From: a virus
Reading direction: 5' to 3' (one strand)
DNA: 64,000 nt
IMG/VR virus record: IMGVR_UViG_3300043787_000193
Coordinates: 7,230 to 71,229 of that record
Below are positions 47,608 through 56,063 of this stretch, piece after piece; position 1 is the stretch's first letter; each line of letters starts with the position of its first letter. Under the pieces are notes generated by a model that did not search any database, was not told the origin of the DNA, and saw nothing but the letters and a program-made list of their open reading frames with translations. Both the position numbers and the translations under genes were made by a program.

Positions 47608-49221
47608 CTAGTTCAGAACCAGCACAAACGGAATGTTGACGGTGGTCGCGTTGGTGATGTTGGTGCTGGTGATGGTGGTCTGCAAAGTGCCATTCACGCA
47701 GGCATCGGTGGTGTCTTTGCCGTAGGTGTTGGCCGTCGCGCTGGACCCGCCCAATTGATTTCCAATCGGGGCTGATCCGATGATGTCGATCAGCGCCGTC
47801 GTGTCATCTGAACAGGACGCTAGATAATAAGACGTATTCGCCAGCATCGTGAAGGTCGTCAGAGAGGTTCCGCAAACTGACCCGGTGGCTCCGGTGCTTT
47901 GCTGCCCGATGTGCCAGCGCAGGGTGAGCGTGGTGCCTGAAATTGAATAAACGCCAACATCGACGTGTCCGCCAGCGTGAAGCGTAGTGACGTTGATGCA
48001 GCCGGTCGCCCCGAGGAGTCGCTGGTTGGTGTTGTAAAAACGACCGATATGATATTGATTTGCGGTGTAGGCCGCGCCCGGACCGGGGCCAACGAATCCC
48101 CAGTTTTCTCCACCTATCATGTAGGAGCAACCCGACTGACATCCGATTGCGGCAACCGCCGAATCGACATAAGAGTCGGTCGCTACTTTCGTATCGTTGC
48201 TTAAAGCAGATTGCTTCGTAGCGGTCATGCCGTTCGCCAATGCTCCAGCCACGACCCCAGCAGCAGGTAAGCCCGAGGCGTTCGTTAACGTAGCTGCCGA
48301 AGGCGTCCCGAGATTTGGTGTCGTGAGCACGGCATTGGTGATCGCTGTGCCGCTGGTCAGAGTAGACGGCAGATCACCCGCTGAAATCGCAGCATCTACG
48401 AAGTTTGTTCCGTTGTTGCGGAGATAGTGGCCCGCCGTGGTTGCGCTCGTAATCGAGAATCCCGCGGCCGGGAAGTTCCAGACGTTCGAAGAGGTGACGG
48501 TGGCCGCGTCCGCCGCCGAGTTATTCGCCACGAAATGGATAGCGTTCGCCCCCAGCGTTCCGAGTCCGAGATCCCCTGACTGCCCGTAGAGGTAGATTTC
48601 TCCCGCTAGGCCCGTTAGATTGCCGGTTCCGGAGAACCCGCTGCTGTTGATGCCAAAGTCGCCGTAGTGCGTCGTCGCGGTGCCTTGATCGTTGTTGACG
48701 ATGTAATCGGTGCTGGCGCTGGCTCCGGAGTTCGTGTTCTGCAATATCATCTGCACGAAGGAGTTCGCGCTGGCTTGCCCGCTGTAGAGGATGTTGGTGT
48801 CCGAGAAACTCAGCGTGCCGACGTTAAACCCGGCTGCCGTGAGCACACTCGAAGAGTCAGTGATTCCAGTGTCGCAACCAATCGTCGTTCCTGAACCGGA
48901 GTAATAGCCAAGGCCCGCGGCCGCGCAACTGCCCACCGTTCCCGAGCCGCCCCCGGTTGCCGTCATGGTGAACGTCGAGCCAGAGAATGAGCACGACATC
49001 CCAGTCGAGCACTTCAGGGCGGCGTAACTTGTGGCCGTCCCCAGGTTCGAGGAACCGTTAAAGAACTGAAGAATGAACCCCTGAGGGGGCACGGGCGAGG
49101 CGAGAAATTCCTTGGGCACGCGCACATCGGCCATCAGCGGCGGCACCTGTTTAGGCACACTTTGGGCAACAGCCGCCAAACTCAACAGAGTGAAGACCAG
49201 AACAGGGAAGAGGCGTTTCAT
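47608..49221 (-). CDS. Tail-fibre-like protein with signal peptide
   Basis: MKRLFPVLVFTLLSLAAVA-Q; QNTNSGASASTD; LTTPNLGTPSAATLTNASGLP; NDTKVATDSYV. Confidence 0.7.
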   Translation of the reverse strand: MKRLFPVLVFTLLSLAAVAQSVPKQVPPLMADVRVPKEFLASPVPPQGFILQFFNGSSNLGTATSYAALKCSTGMSCSFSGSTFTMTATGGGSGTVGSCAAAGLGYYSGSGTTIGCDTGITDSSSVLTAAGFNVGTLSFSDTNILYSGQASANSFVQMILQNTNSGASASTDYIVNNDQGTATTHYGDFGINSSGFSGTGNLTGLAGEIYLYGQSGDLGLGTLGANAIHFVANNSAADAATVTSSNVWNFPAAGFSITSATTAGHYLRNNGTNFVDAAISAGDLPSTLTSGTAITNAVLTTPNLGTPSAATLTNASGLPAAGVVAGALANGMTATKQSALSNDTKVATDSYVDSAVAAIGCQSGCSYMIGGENWGFVGPGPGAAYTANQYHIGRFYNTNQRLLGATGCINVTTLHAGGHVDVGVYSISGTTLTLRWHIGQQSTGATGSVCGTSLTTFTMLANTSYYLASCSDDTTALIDIIGSAPIGNQLGGSSATANTYGKDTTDACVNGTLQTTITSTNITNATTVNIPFVLVLN

Positions 49222-49238
49222 GATTCCAGAGTTCATGG

Positions 49239-49616
49239 CTACGACCACTCCCGCACGCGCACCTGCGTAGCTGTCACGGTGGCGCTGAGGACCTGAATGT
49301 AGACCGTGGCCGGGATGGAATTGTTCGCCGGATCCGTCATGGCTGGGGAAGCGAAGCCAAGTTTCCCGCGGTAGGTGTTATCCCCAAGCGGCAGCACTTC
49401 GCCGGGAAGCAAGGGGTAGCTGGCGACGAAGTTGTCGTCCGGCTTCTGATAGACCAGGCCTTCCGGCGCGAAGTTTGAACCGGTGTAGCCCTTCGGCGGG
49501 CACTCCTGGATTTCGACGTACTTGGCGAACTTCGAGGCGCTGATCTTCACTGCGGCGCCGCCGCTGCCGTTGATGGCGACGATGGTTTCGCTCGGGTTGC
49601 TTATTCTTGTGGACAT
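49239..49616 (-). CDS. Putative small beta-sandwich structural protein
   Basis: Beta-rich 125-aa ORF in the operon. Confidence 0.6.
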   Translation of the reverse strand: MSTRISNPSETIVAINGSGGAAVKISASKFAKYVEIQECPPKGYTGSNFAPEGLVYQKPDDNFVASYPLLPGEVLPLGDNTYRGKLGFASPAMTDPANNSIPATVYIQVLSATVTATQVRVREWS

Positions 49617-49777
49617 GAAGGTTGAGTCGCTTTCTGTGCGAACTGCTGCTTCCACTCGGAGGCGTGAAGCTGCTCGGTCCAGTCGCGCTGATAGCTCTGC
49701 TGGGTTTCAATCACAGCGTCGATGCACTCGCTGAGGTCGTCAGCGAGTTCCTGTGGGGTAGCCTTTTGGTTTGGCAC
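49601..49777 (-). CDS. Small hypothetical protein (58 aa, not in ORF track)
   Basis: GTG start, MPNQKATPQELADDLSECIDAV...; fills the gap between neighbours. Confidence 0.45.
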   Translation of the reverse strand: MPNQKATPQELADDLSECIDAVIETQQSYQRDWTEQLHASEWKQQFAQKATQPSCPQE

Positions 49778-49928
49778 GGAGTCGATGCAGCGGATGATCT
49801 TTCGGAACGTGCGAGGGAAGCTTCGAGAAATCGGTGGAAGCTTCCCACTCTTTCAGCTTCTCCGGGCCGCCGATCTTTTCCGGGTGCGCCTCAAGAAAGT
49901 GTTGCTGGGCTGTCGATTCGAAGGGCAT
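49740..49928 (-). CDS. Small phage protein (MPF.S.AQ family) with DHPLHRL motif
   Basis: MPFESTAQQHFL...KEWE...KLPSHV, a pattern recurrent near phage head genes. Confidence 0.7.
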   Translation of the reverse strand: MPFESTAQQHFLEAHPEKIGGPEKLKEWEASTDFSKLPSHVPKDHPLHRLRAKPKGYPTGTR

Positions 49929-50151
49929 TGTTCTTGGCGCAAGTGTGTTCTTCGGGCTCCGTCCACTCGCGACGCTTGTCTCTCTCGCACGCGCTGCACC
50001 GAGACAACTGCGGCGGTTCTTCCACTTTCATGATTATTCACTTGACAAGTTTTCTCCCACATGGGCAACCGCGAGGACCAAAGTTCCCTTTACGGGCACT
50101 TCCGCTTGGCCGCTTCAGTTCCCGGCGGGCCATAGCCTCAAAATATGGGAA

Positions 50152-50289
50152 TTATATAGATGACTCGCTCCTTCGACGCTTCGCATATTGATTCCTTCGC
50201 TTCCGGCGCTTGGCCGCTTTGGTCTTTGGTTTCGGACGATAGGACAGCACGCGGTCTGCGATGCGGTCTAGTTCTGGGGGAGTTTTCAT
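50152..50289 (-). CDS. Small basic IS passenger ORF (45 aa)
   Basis: ATGA overlap with the transposase; MKTPPELDRIADRVLSYRPKPK... Confidence 0.5.
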   Translation of the reverse strand: MKTPPELDRIADRVLSYRPKPKTKAAKRRKRRNQYAKRRRSESSI

Positions 50290-51212
50290 GCTGTCAGTTC
50301 CTTGTAGGTGAGATGCTTTCCAACTACCGCAACTACGAACGAGTCCAGCCGCTCCAAGGTGTGACGGCTCACGTTGCCGACATTCAGGCGGAACGTGAAC
50401 TCGTCCACATAGCGATGAAGGTGCTTCTTGGAAACCTGATGGTAAACGCCATACACTCCGCGCTTGAGCACTGCCCAGACGGATTCGATGCTGTTCGTGC
50501 TGACTCCGTTCTCGGAGTAGTTTCCAGCCGTGTGATTGATGGACTCGTGACGAAAGAACAGACCGTCAAGGCCGATATATCCGGTCGCCTCATCCGTAAA
50601 GATCGTAGAGCCTACTTCGACATTCGCATGGACGGCCGATTGCAGCGCAGCCATGTCAGTTGCTTCGATAGGCATTGCTACGGTGCGTCCACCGCGCTCC
50701 CTGAGTCCTACGACAGCCGTCTTGCCGACGCTGCCACGTCCAGCTCGGAGCTTCTTGTGCTCGTGCTTGTTGCGCTCCTTTCCGCCAATGAAGCATTCGT
50801 CTACTTCGACAATGCCGCGCAACTTGTTAAGGTCATCGCCAGAGCCGCACGCTTCGCGCAAACGTTGGAGCATGAACCATGCCGACTTCTGGGTTACGCC
50901 GATCTCCTTTGCCAGTTGCAGGCTGGAGATGCCCTTGCGTGCGGTTACGAGCAGGTACATGGCATAGAGCCACTTGTGCAGGGGAATGTGGCTGCGCTCG
51001 AAGATCGTGCCTGTACGGATCGTGAAATCGAGGGAACAGGCATTGCAGCGAAAGAAGCCAAGCTTAGGTTGTTTGCCGATGCGCTCACGGCTCTTACACT
51101 CAGGGCAGAACGCGCCGTCAGGCCAGAGCCGAGATTCCAGATAAATCCGCGCCGACTCAGGCGTCGGGAACATCTCGAAAAGCTGAAAGGTGCTGATTGT
51201 GCTTTTGCTCAT
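50286..51212 (-). CDS. IS1595-family transposase
   Basis: RLWPDGAFCPEC..CNAC Zn ribbon; VEVDECFIGG, FTDE, TNSIESVW, YVDEFTFR. Confidence 0.95.
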   Translation of the reverse strand: MSKSTISTFQLFEMFPTPESARIYLESRLWPDGAFCPECKSRERIGKQPKLGFFRCNACSLDFTIRTGTIFERSHIPLHKWLYAMYLLVTARKGISSLQLAKEIGVTQKSAWFMLQRLREACGSGDDLNKLRGIVEVDECFIGGKERNKHEHKKLRAGRGSVGKTAVVGLRERGGRTVAMPIEATDMAALQSAVHANVEVGSTIFTDEATGYIGLDGLFFRHESINHTAGNYSENGVSTNSIESVWAVLKRGVYGVYHQVSKKHLHRYVDEFTFRLNVGNVSRHTLERLDSFVVAVVGKHLTYKELTA

Positions 51213-51743
51213 TTAGCGACCTTCCCGGCGAAGTTGCTCAAAGAACTCATCCGAAGGCATCTTGAGTTCGGGATTAACCTCGCGCAATTCATGGGAACCC
51301 ATAACGATCAACTGGTAGGTAGCAAGCGCCTGTTTTACGACCTTCGCTGGGCGGAGTTCTTGTTTCTTCGAGATTTCGGCAATGACCGATTTTTCGTTCT
51401 CGGTGAACTCAAGCCCCATGTCATCCGCAGCGGTTGGCTGTGCCAGATGGGTACGAATCCAATCTTGATTACCGAAATAGATATTCAGCGCCCCCGTCTT
51501 ACGGTCAAGCTCAAATACGTGTTTTTCGCACCAGAAAATGAAGCCATTAGTGGAGAGCGCTGCTCCGCACTTAGGGCAACTAATAGTCAGCGCGTGCTCA
51601 AGTTGCTGAATGCAGGTTGCGCGATACGCACCTTCCGCGTCAGGAAGTCTACGAAGGCATTGCAGAGCATCTTTTGCGGCCTCATAAAGAGAAGGCCACG
51701 CGGCAGAGTCCGGTGTGTCGGTCAAAGTCATAACGTCCTCCAT
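51213..51743 (-). CDS. IS passenger protein (Zn ribbon plus RHH-like C-terminus)
   Basis: CPKCG...WC; LEFTENEKSVIAEISKKQELRPAKVVKQAL. Confidence 0.65.
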   Translation of the reverse strand: MEDVMTLTDTPDSAAWPSLYEAAKDALQCLRRLPDAEGAYRATCIQQLEHALTISCPKCGAALSTNGFIFWCEKHVFELDRKTGALNIYFGNQDWIRTHLAQPTAADDMGLEFTENEKSVIAEISKKQELRPAKVVKQALATYQLIVMGSHELREVNPELKMPSDEFFEQLRREGR

Positions 51744-51749
51744 GCCGCT

Positions 51750-51778
51750 ATAGTAGATAACTCGCTGCCCTCTGTCAA
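51750..51778 (-). promoter_or_regulatory. Sigma70 promoter of the IS, leaderless geometry
   Basis: TTGACA-17 nt-TACTAT-6 nt-ATG. Confidence 0.75.
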
Positions 51779-51864
51779 GAACTTTAGTCGCTTTGTTCTG
51801 AAAGGGTTAGCGACTCATGTATATAATTACCCAAAATATCTAGGGTCACGGTGTGAGACGAATG

Positions 51865-52242
51865 TCACAGCCCCATCCCTCGCGGCTTCGCTCTTAACTG
51901 CTGCAGCGGATGATCTTTCGCCAGGTCTTGCTGATTGCCGCCGGTGTCGTTCTGTGCCCCGGCTTGCTCCGAACCGTATTTGCAGTTGCCGCAGGAGAAC
52001 GTGTCGGTCTGTTCGTCCTCGGGCTCGAATTCGTTGCAGCAGCCGCGATCGAGCGAGACTCCGCCCTCTACGTCGACCTTCGAGCAGTCGCCGTCCTTCG
52101 TCGCGCCCTGAAGCTCCATATAGCCAGCCTGGGCTTCAGGGATTTTGTTTTGGTCGGGAGAGACCCCGGACGGACCCGCACTTTGGGGTGTGGCCGTGGG
52201 AGCGGCAGGGCCGCCCGAGGTCAAGTCGTCAGACATTGCCAT
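51865..52242 (-). CDS. Cys-containing acidic protein with DHPLQQL motif
   Basis: CSKV...GCCNEF...CGNCKY. Confidence 0.7.
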   Translation of the reverse strand: MAMSDDLTSGGPAAPTATPQSAGPSGVSPDQNKIPEAQAGYMELQGATKDGDCSKVDVEGGVSLDRGCCNEFEPEDEQTDTFSCGNCKYGSEQAGAQNDTGGNQQDLAKDHPLQQLRAKPRGMGL

Positions 52243-52255
52243 CGGAGGCCGCCTT

Positions 52256-53914
52256 TTAGTTGATCTGGCTGATGGTTAGCTTTGCGAGCGTGGGGCCAGT
52301 GGTTTCCGCCGAGGAGGTCTGCGAAAACACGATGTAGAGTAAATCCTGGTCCTGAACGTCCGCGGTGATGGCGCCAGTATCCTGCTCGGGGGCGACGATG
52401 GCCAGCGTGGTGCCGGCTTCGAGGCCGTCGACCAGGAATCCCCCGGGCTGAATCGTGCCCGTGGTTCCCGTGGTCTGGGTCTGCAAGGTGCAGGTGAAGT
52501 CGACTGAATACGCCGCCGTGGTGGTGGTGTGAACTTCGAGCAGCGTGCAAAGCGCCTTCGGGGTTCCCGTGGAGAAGTCGGTGACATCCCCGATTTCGAC
52601 CAGCACTTCCGGAGCGGTGCCGCCGGTGGTGGGAGTGTAGTTGAACCGGCCGCGAAGCTCGATGTCCTTCGGCACATAGTTCAGATAGCCGGTGGGCAGC
52701 ACGACTGTCCCGAGTACTCCAAGCTGTCCCGCCGTCAGCGCCGGGACCGCGTTAAACGGCCCGTACTCCGTCTGGAATCCCAGATAGGGGGTTCGCGAGG
52801 GAACGTAGCCAAAAGCGGTGTGATTCTGAATGTTGGGGTTGTAGACGTTCGCCAAACCGCCTGCCACGGGGTAGAGCGCGAAGGTGGTCAGGGGTTTCGG
52901 AATGAAAGCGTTCGATCCCGTCTGTCCATAGGCCGTGTTGGTGAGAGCGCAGGCCGGGGTGACGGTCTCAATCGTGGTCAGCGTGCAGTACGCCGAGGTC
53001 ATCGGAAACCAGTAAGCTGTGGCGTAAGAGAGTCCAACTCCTGCGATCCAGCCGACTTGCCCGGTGGCGGCCGCCGGCGCGTTGAAGAAAATATCCAAGG
53101 CGCCTGCTGAGGTGTAGTGCGCCGTAGCGGAAGCCTGGCTCACGCCCCCGAGCACGTCGACATAGGCCACCCAGACATACTGCGCGGCGTTGGTGAAGCC
53201 GCCGGAAGCGACCGCGATGGTCGAATCGCAAACCGTGGTCGCGAGAAGCGGTGTCGGGCAGGTGGCAACTGCGGTTCGCGTGGCCGGAGCTCCGGTCGAA
53301 GTCGTGGCGGCGCCCGTCGGCTGCGGATTCCAGTACTGCAAATAGGGCGCGCGCAAGTCGACGATCTGCACCGTCGGGTAGACCTGGGCGGCGGTAAGCT
53401 GCGCGTTGGTAATTCCCGAGGTCGAATCGATCACCACGTCGCCGATGCCTTTGGCGATGGCGTAGTTGATTGCGGCTTCGAGTCCGCCGTCGTTCGAACT
53501 CACGCTGAAACCCGGATTTAGATGAGAGTTCGCGAAGGTGGCGGTAAAGGTGCAGTTGTAGGCGCTCACGGTCGAGGGGCCGGTGACCTGCGTCGGAGAT
53601 GTCACGGAGGTGGGGGTGACCGCCTCCGAGTTGGCGCCGTCGGTGATGTAGAGCGGTTCGTTCACCGCAATGGGATAAAACAGTTCGTAGCTGGTGCCGA
53701 CTTTGATGTAGCAGCCGTTGAGCGTCACGGTCTGCGCGCCGGACGAGATGCCGGTTTGCGACTGGAACGCCCACTTGCCGAATTCCGAAGCCATCACCGC
53801 GCCGGCGGAGTTGGCGGCGAACTTCGGATTCGCGAAGGCCTGGCCGAAAGCCGCGCCAGTCAGGGCAATCGCGAGCAAAAGGGTTGTAACGACAGCAGTT
53901 TTCACGGACTTCAT
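52256..53914 (-). CDS. Signal-peptide structural-like protein
   Basis: GGAGG RBS; MKSVKTAVVTTLLLAIALTGAAFG-Q; T/A/G-rich beta protein. Confidence 0.75.
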   Translation of the reverse strand: MKSVKTAVVTTLLLAIALTGAAFGQAFANPKFAANSAGAVMASEFGKWAFQSQTGISSGAQTVTLNGCYIKVGTSYELFYPIAVNEPLYITDGANSEAVTPTSVTSPTQVTGPSTVSAYNCTFTATFANSHLNPGFSVSSNDGGLEAAINYAIAKGIGDVVIDSTSGITNAQLTAAQVYPTVQIVDLRAPYLQYWNPQPTGAATTSTGAPATRTAVATCPTPLLATTVCDSTIAVASGGFTNAAQYVWVAYVDVLGGVSQASATAHYTSAGALDIFFNAPAAATGQVGWIAGVGLSYATAYWFPMTSAYCTLTTIETVTPACALTNTAYGQTGSNAFIPKPLTTFALYPVAGGLANVYNPNIQNHTAFGYVPSRTPYLGFQTEYGPFNAVPALTAGQLGVLGTVVLPTGYLNYVPKDIELRGRFNYTPTTGGTAPEVLVEIGDVTDFSTGTPKALCTLLEVHTTTTAAYSVDFTCTLQTQTTGTTGTIQPGGFLVDGLEAGTTLAIVAPEQDTGAITADVQDQDLLYIVFSQTSSAETTGPTLAKLTISQIN

Positions 53915-54061
53915 TGTGTTCCTCCGATGGAATTGAAAGCGAAAATCACAACCAAAAACCAACCGAAACTCAACCGCGGGAAGCGGTGATGACCGAGGCC
54001 ACGAGCAGCGTGGCGGCGAAGAAGAAGACCGCCCAGCGCGGGTTCTCGTGGAAGAAGCGGA

Positions 54062-54442
54062 TCAAGCAAGAAGTGTGTAGCCGTCTTCGAAGGCTTTCGC
54101 CGGCGAGAACGATTTATAGCCGTCGTCGTAGACCACGAAGTAGCCGCCGACTTCAGGACGGTGTTTCTCCATGAAATCACCGTCCACTTGGAAAGGCGCG
54201 TAGCCTTCATCGGCGGGGGTGATTGTCGCGCCGCGTTTCAGGCCGGCCGCGCCGCACGTTCGTTCCCAGGTGCAGCGTTCACAGTTTCCGCAAGCCGTGC
54301 CGAGCGTGAAGGAACCCCTACACGTCGCTCCGGACCAGACCGGTAATTTCTCTGGCTCAATCTTCGCGATCTTCAGCGCCCAAACTTTCTTGTGACACTG
54401 GTATCGCGGCATCTCGCGTCCGGCTTGTGCTTGTGTGCTCAT
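54062..54442 (-). CDS. Phage protein, GY.V.Y.DGY.S.SP..FE family, with Zn-finger insert
   Basis: PRYQCHKKVWALKI...CRGSFTLGTACGNCERC...GGYFVVYDDGYKSFSPAKAFEDGYT. Confidence 0.75.
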   Translation of the reverse strand: MSTQAQAGREMPRYQCHKKVWALKIAKIEPEKLPVWSGATCRGSFTLGTACGNCERCTWERTCGAAGLKRGATITPADEGYAPFQVDGDFMEKHRPEVGGYFVVYDDGYKSFSPAKAFEDGYTLLA

Positions 54443-54466
54443 CCTTAACCCTCTCGCGGCCAGTAG

Positions 54467-54541
54467 AATCAATCACTTACGCAGGCTTTAGGTATAACTA
54501 AAGCCTGAAAAGCTGTTTCCAATCCCCTGTAAGTTGTTGAT
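54467..54541. promoter_or_regulatory. Candidate recombination (res) site with IHF-like boxes
   Basis: CAGGCTTTAG-GTATAA-CTAAAGCCTG perfect inverted repeat, flanked by AATCAATCACTTA and an inverted CATCAACAACTTA. Confidence 0.55.
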
Positions 54542-54613
54542 GTTTCCTTTCGACCGTAAGGAAACGGGCCGCTGGGCGTTTGTTTCCTTTCGCATGGGTT
54601 GGGAACATCGAAA

Positions 54614-55249
54614 TCACCCTCGGGTGAGCCTCACAATGATGCAGGCGACTGCAGCGAGGCCGGCGAGGGCTCGCGCCCCGATCCCCTGGCGCCATCGCGT
54701 CGTCCGGCTGGGTCCCTTCGCTGGATCGATCTTGCGTCCGGGGATATGGCCTTCTGTGCGGGCCTTCTTGAGCCCGTCCTTGGTGCGCTCTGCGATCACG
54801 TTACGTTCGAACTCGGCAAACGTCGCGAGGATCCCAAAGAGGAGTTTCCCCATGGGTGTGGTGAGATCGAAGCCATCCTTGACGCTGATGAATTCCACTT
54901 TCGCGGCGAGAAGCTTTCCTACGGCAACGTGGAGATGTTGCACGGAGCGGCCGAAGCGATCGAGGCGCAGCACAGCGACGACCTGGATGTCGCGCAGGCC
55001 CTTGGTTGCGTCTGCCATGAGCCGGTCGAGCTGGGGACGCGAGGCTTTCGTGCCGGAGACGCCGCGGTCGACGTACTCTTCCACGATGGTGTGTTTCTGG
55101 GCAGCGCACCAGGCGCGCAGCTCGAGTAATTGAACTTCGGGATCCTGTCCGCGGAATTGATGAGGGCTGGAGGAATTGTGAGAGGAGGGGTTCTTGCCGC
55201 AGAGTTCGCACTTGTCGGTGGAGACGCGGGCGTAGAGGGCGACATTCAT
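54614..55249 (-). CDS. Small serine recombinase (resolvase/invertase)
   Basis: VALYARVST, YVDRGVSG...RPQLDRL, LDRFGRS, AEFERNVIAERT. Confidence 0.92.
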   Translation of the reverse strand: MNVALYARVSTDKCELCGKNPSSHNSSSPHQFRGQDPEVQLLELRAWCAAQKHTIVEEYVDRGVSGTKASRPQLDRLMADATKGLRDIQVVAVLRLDRFGRSVQHLHVAVGKLLAAKVEFISVKDGFDLTTPMGKLLFGILATFAEFERNVIAERTKDGLKKARTEGHIPGRKIDPAKGPSRTTRWRQGIGARALAGLAAVACIIVRLTRG

Positions 55250-55318
55250 GGTCTACGAAGCAGGGGCTTCGAGCGGGGCTACTCCGGGTCCCATGCCCAT
55301 AAAGCTCGGTATGCGCGT
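55250..55318. repeat. ~70-bp imperfect direct repeat, copy 1
   Basis: ggtctacgaag..ggggctt.gagcg...gggtcccatgccca.aaagctc; second copy at 57200-57271. Confidence 0.85.
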
Positions 55319-55335
55319 CGCGTGAGTCGTTGGAA

Positions 55336-55641
55336 TCATTTCAGCAGGGCTCTCACCCATGCCATGATCTCCGGCGCCCTCGCCAGGACCGCGGCGAAGG
55401 CCATCACGATCAGATGACGGCGGAACTGAGTCTTATCCCGCTTGCGCTGGTTGCAACCCAGCGCGTCGATGCCGCGAAGCAAAGCCTTGGGGGAGTAGTC
55501 GCCCTGATATTGGAGTGAGCGATCAATCTGGTTGTAGGTGCCCAGGCGCTTGGCGGTTTCGATGGCGGATTCCAGTTTGGGATCTCGCATGACGGGAGGG
55601 CTTAAATAAGCGTCGGTAACCAGCAGCGAGTATTCGAACAC
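55336..55641 (-). CDS. Hypothetical protein with C-terminal TM segment
   Basis: ORF in the operon; start may be 55590. Confidence 0.55.
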   Translation of the reverse strand: MFEYSLLVTDAYLSPPVMRDPKLESAIETAKRLGTYNQIDRSLQYQGDYSPKALLRGIDALGCNQRKRDKTQFRRHLIVMAFAAVLARAPEIMAWVRALLK

Positions 55642-55660
55642 TCCGCGAAACGTCCGGAGA

Positions 55661-55867
55661 TCATGCCGGGATGAGTCCTTGGCCTCGAGTCCCCTCTGGT
55701 AGAAGTTCGCAATCGGAATAGTCCGGCTTCAGGTCGAGGGAAGTCACGAGTTCGCGGGCGAGCTTTTCCCGGACCCAACGGCAGGCGGGGCACTCTTCGG
55801 CACACTTGTGCCCATGGCGGTCGAGTTCATGCGCAAAGGGTGCGAGGTTGGCTCGGTTGTGCTGCAT
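55661..55867 (-). CDS. Small Cys/His protein
   Basis: HGHKCAEECPAC. Confidence 0.5.
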   Translation of the reverse strand: MQHNRANLAPFAHELDRHGHKCAEECPACRWVREKLARELVTSLDLKPDYSDCELLPEGTRGQGLIPA

Positions 55868-56063
55868 TTTGGTTCTGGGAGTTCTTGGCCCAGGCTTCGT
55901 CGTTACAAACACAGGGGCAGGCGTGAGTTTCGCAGTGATGATGTTGGGCCTTGAGGCAAGGTTCGCACATCTGCCGCTTCAGGCGGCGCTTCGAGGAACT
56001 GTAGCTGTGCGCTCTTCGCCAGCCCGCTACCGGCGGAACGTGGGCGAAGTCGAGGAAGTTCAC
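55827..56063 (-). CDS. Small Cys/His protein
   Basis: CEPC...HHHC..HACPCVC; GTGA overlap. Confidence 0.55.
   Translation of the reverse strand: MNFLDFAHVPPVAGWRRAHSYSSSKRRLKRQMCEPCLKAQHHHCETHACPCVCNDEAWAKNSQNQNAAQPSQPRTLCA

Larger units (their letters stand above)
50147..51831 (-). mobile_element. IS1595-family insertion sequence
   Basis: 22-bp TIRs (50147-50168 and 51810-51831, 19/22 match); 8-bp TSD CAAAATAT at 50139-50146 and 51832-51839. Confidence 0.95.
50038..51868 (-). pseudogene. 45-aa ORF interrupted by IS1595
   Basis: Removing the IS and one TSD restores GTG-TFVSHRDPRYFEAMARRELK...CPCGRKLVK-TGA. Confidence 0.45.

Noticed and set aside
50160-52259. 699-aa plus-strand ORF
   Set aside because: Antisense shadow of the IS1595 transposase and neighbours; it crosses the IS boundary and has no recognisable motif
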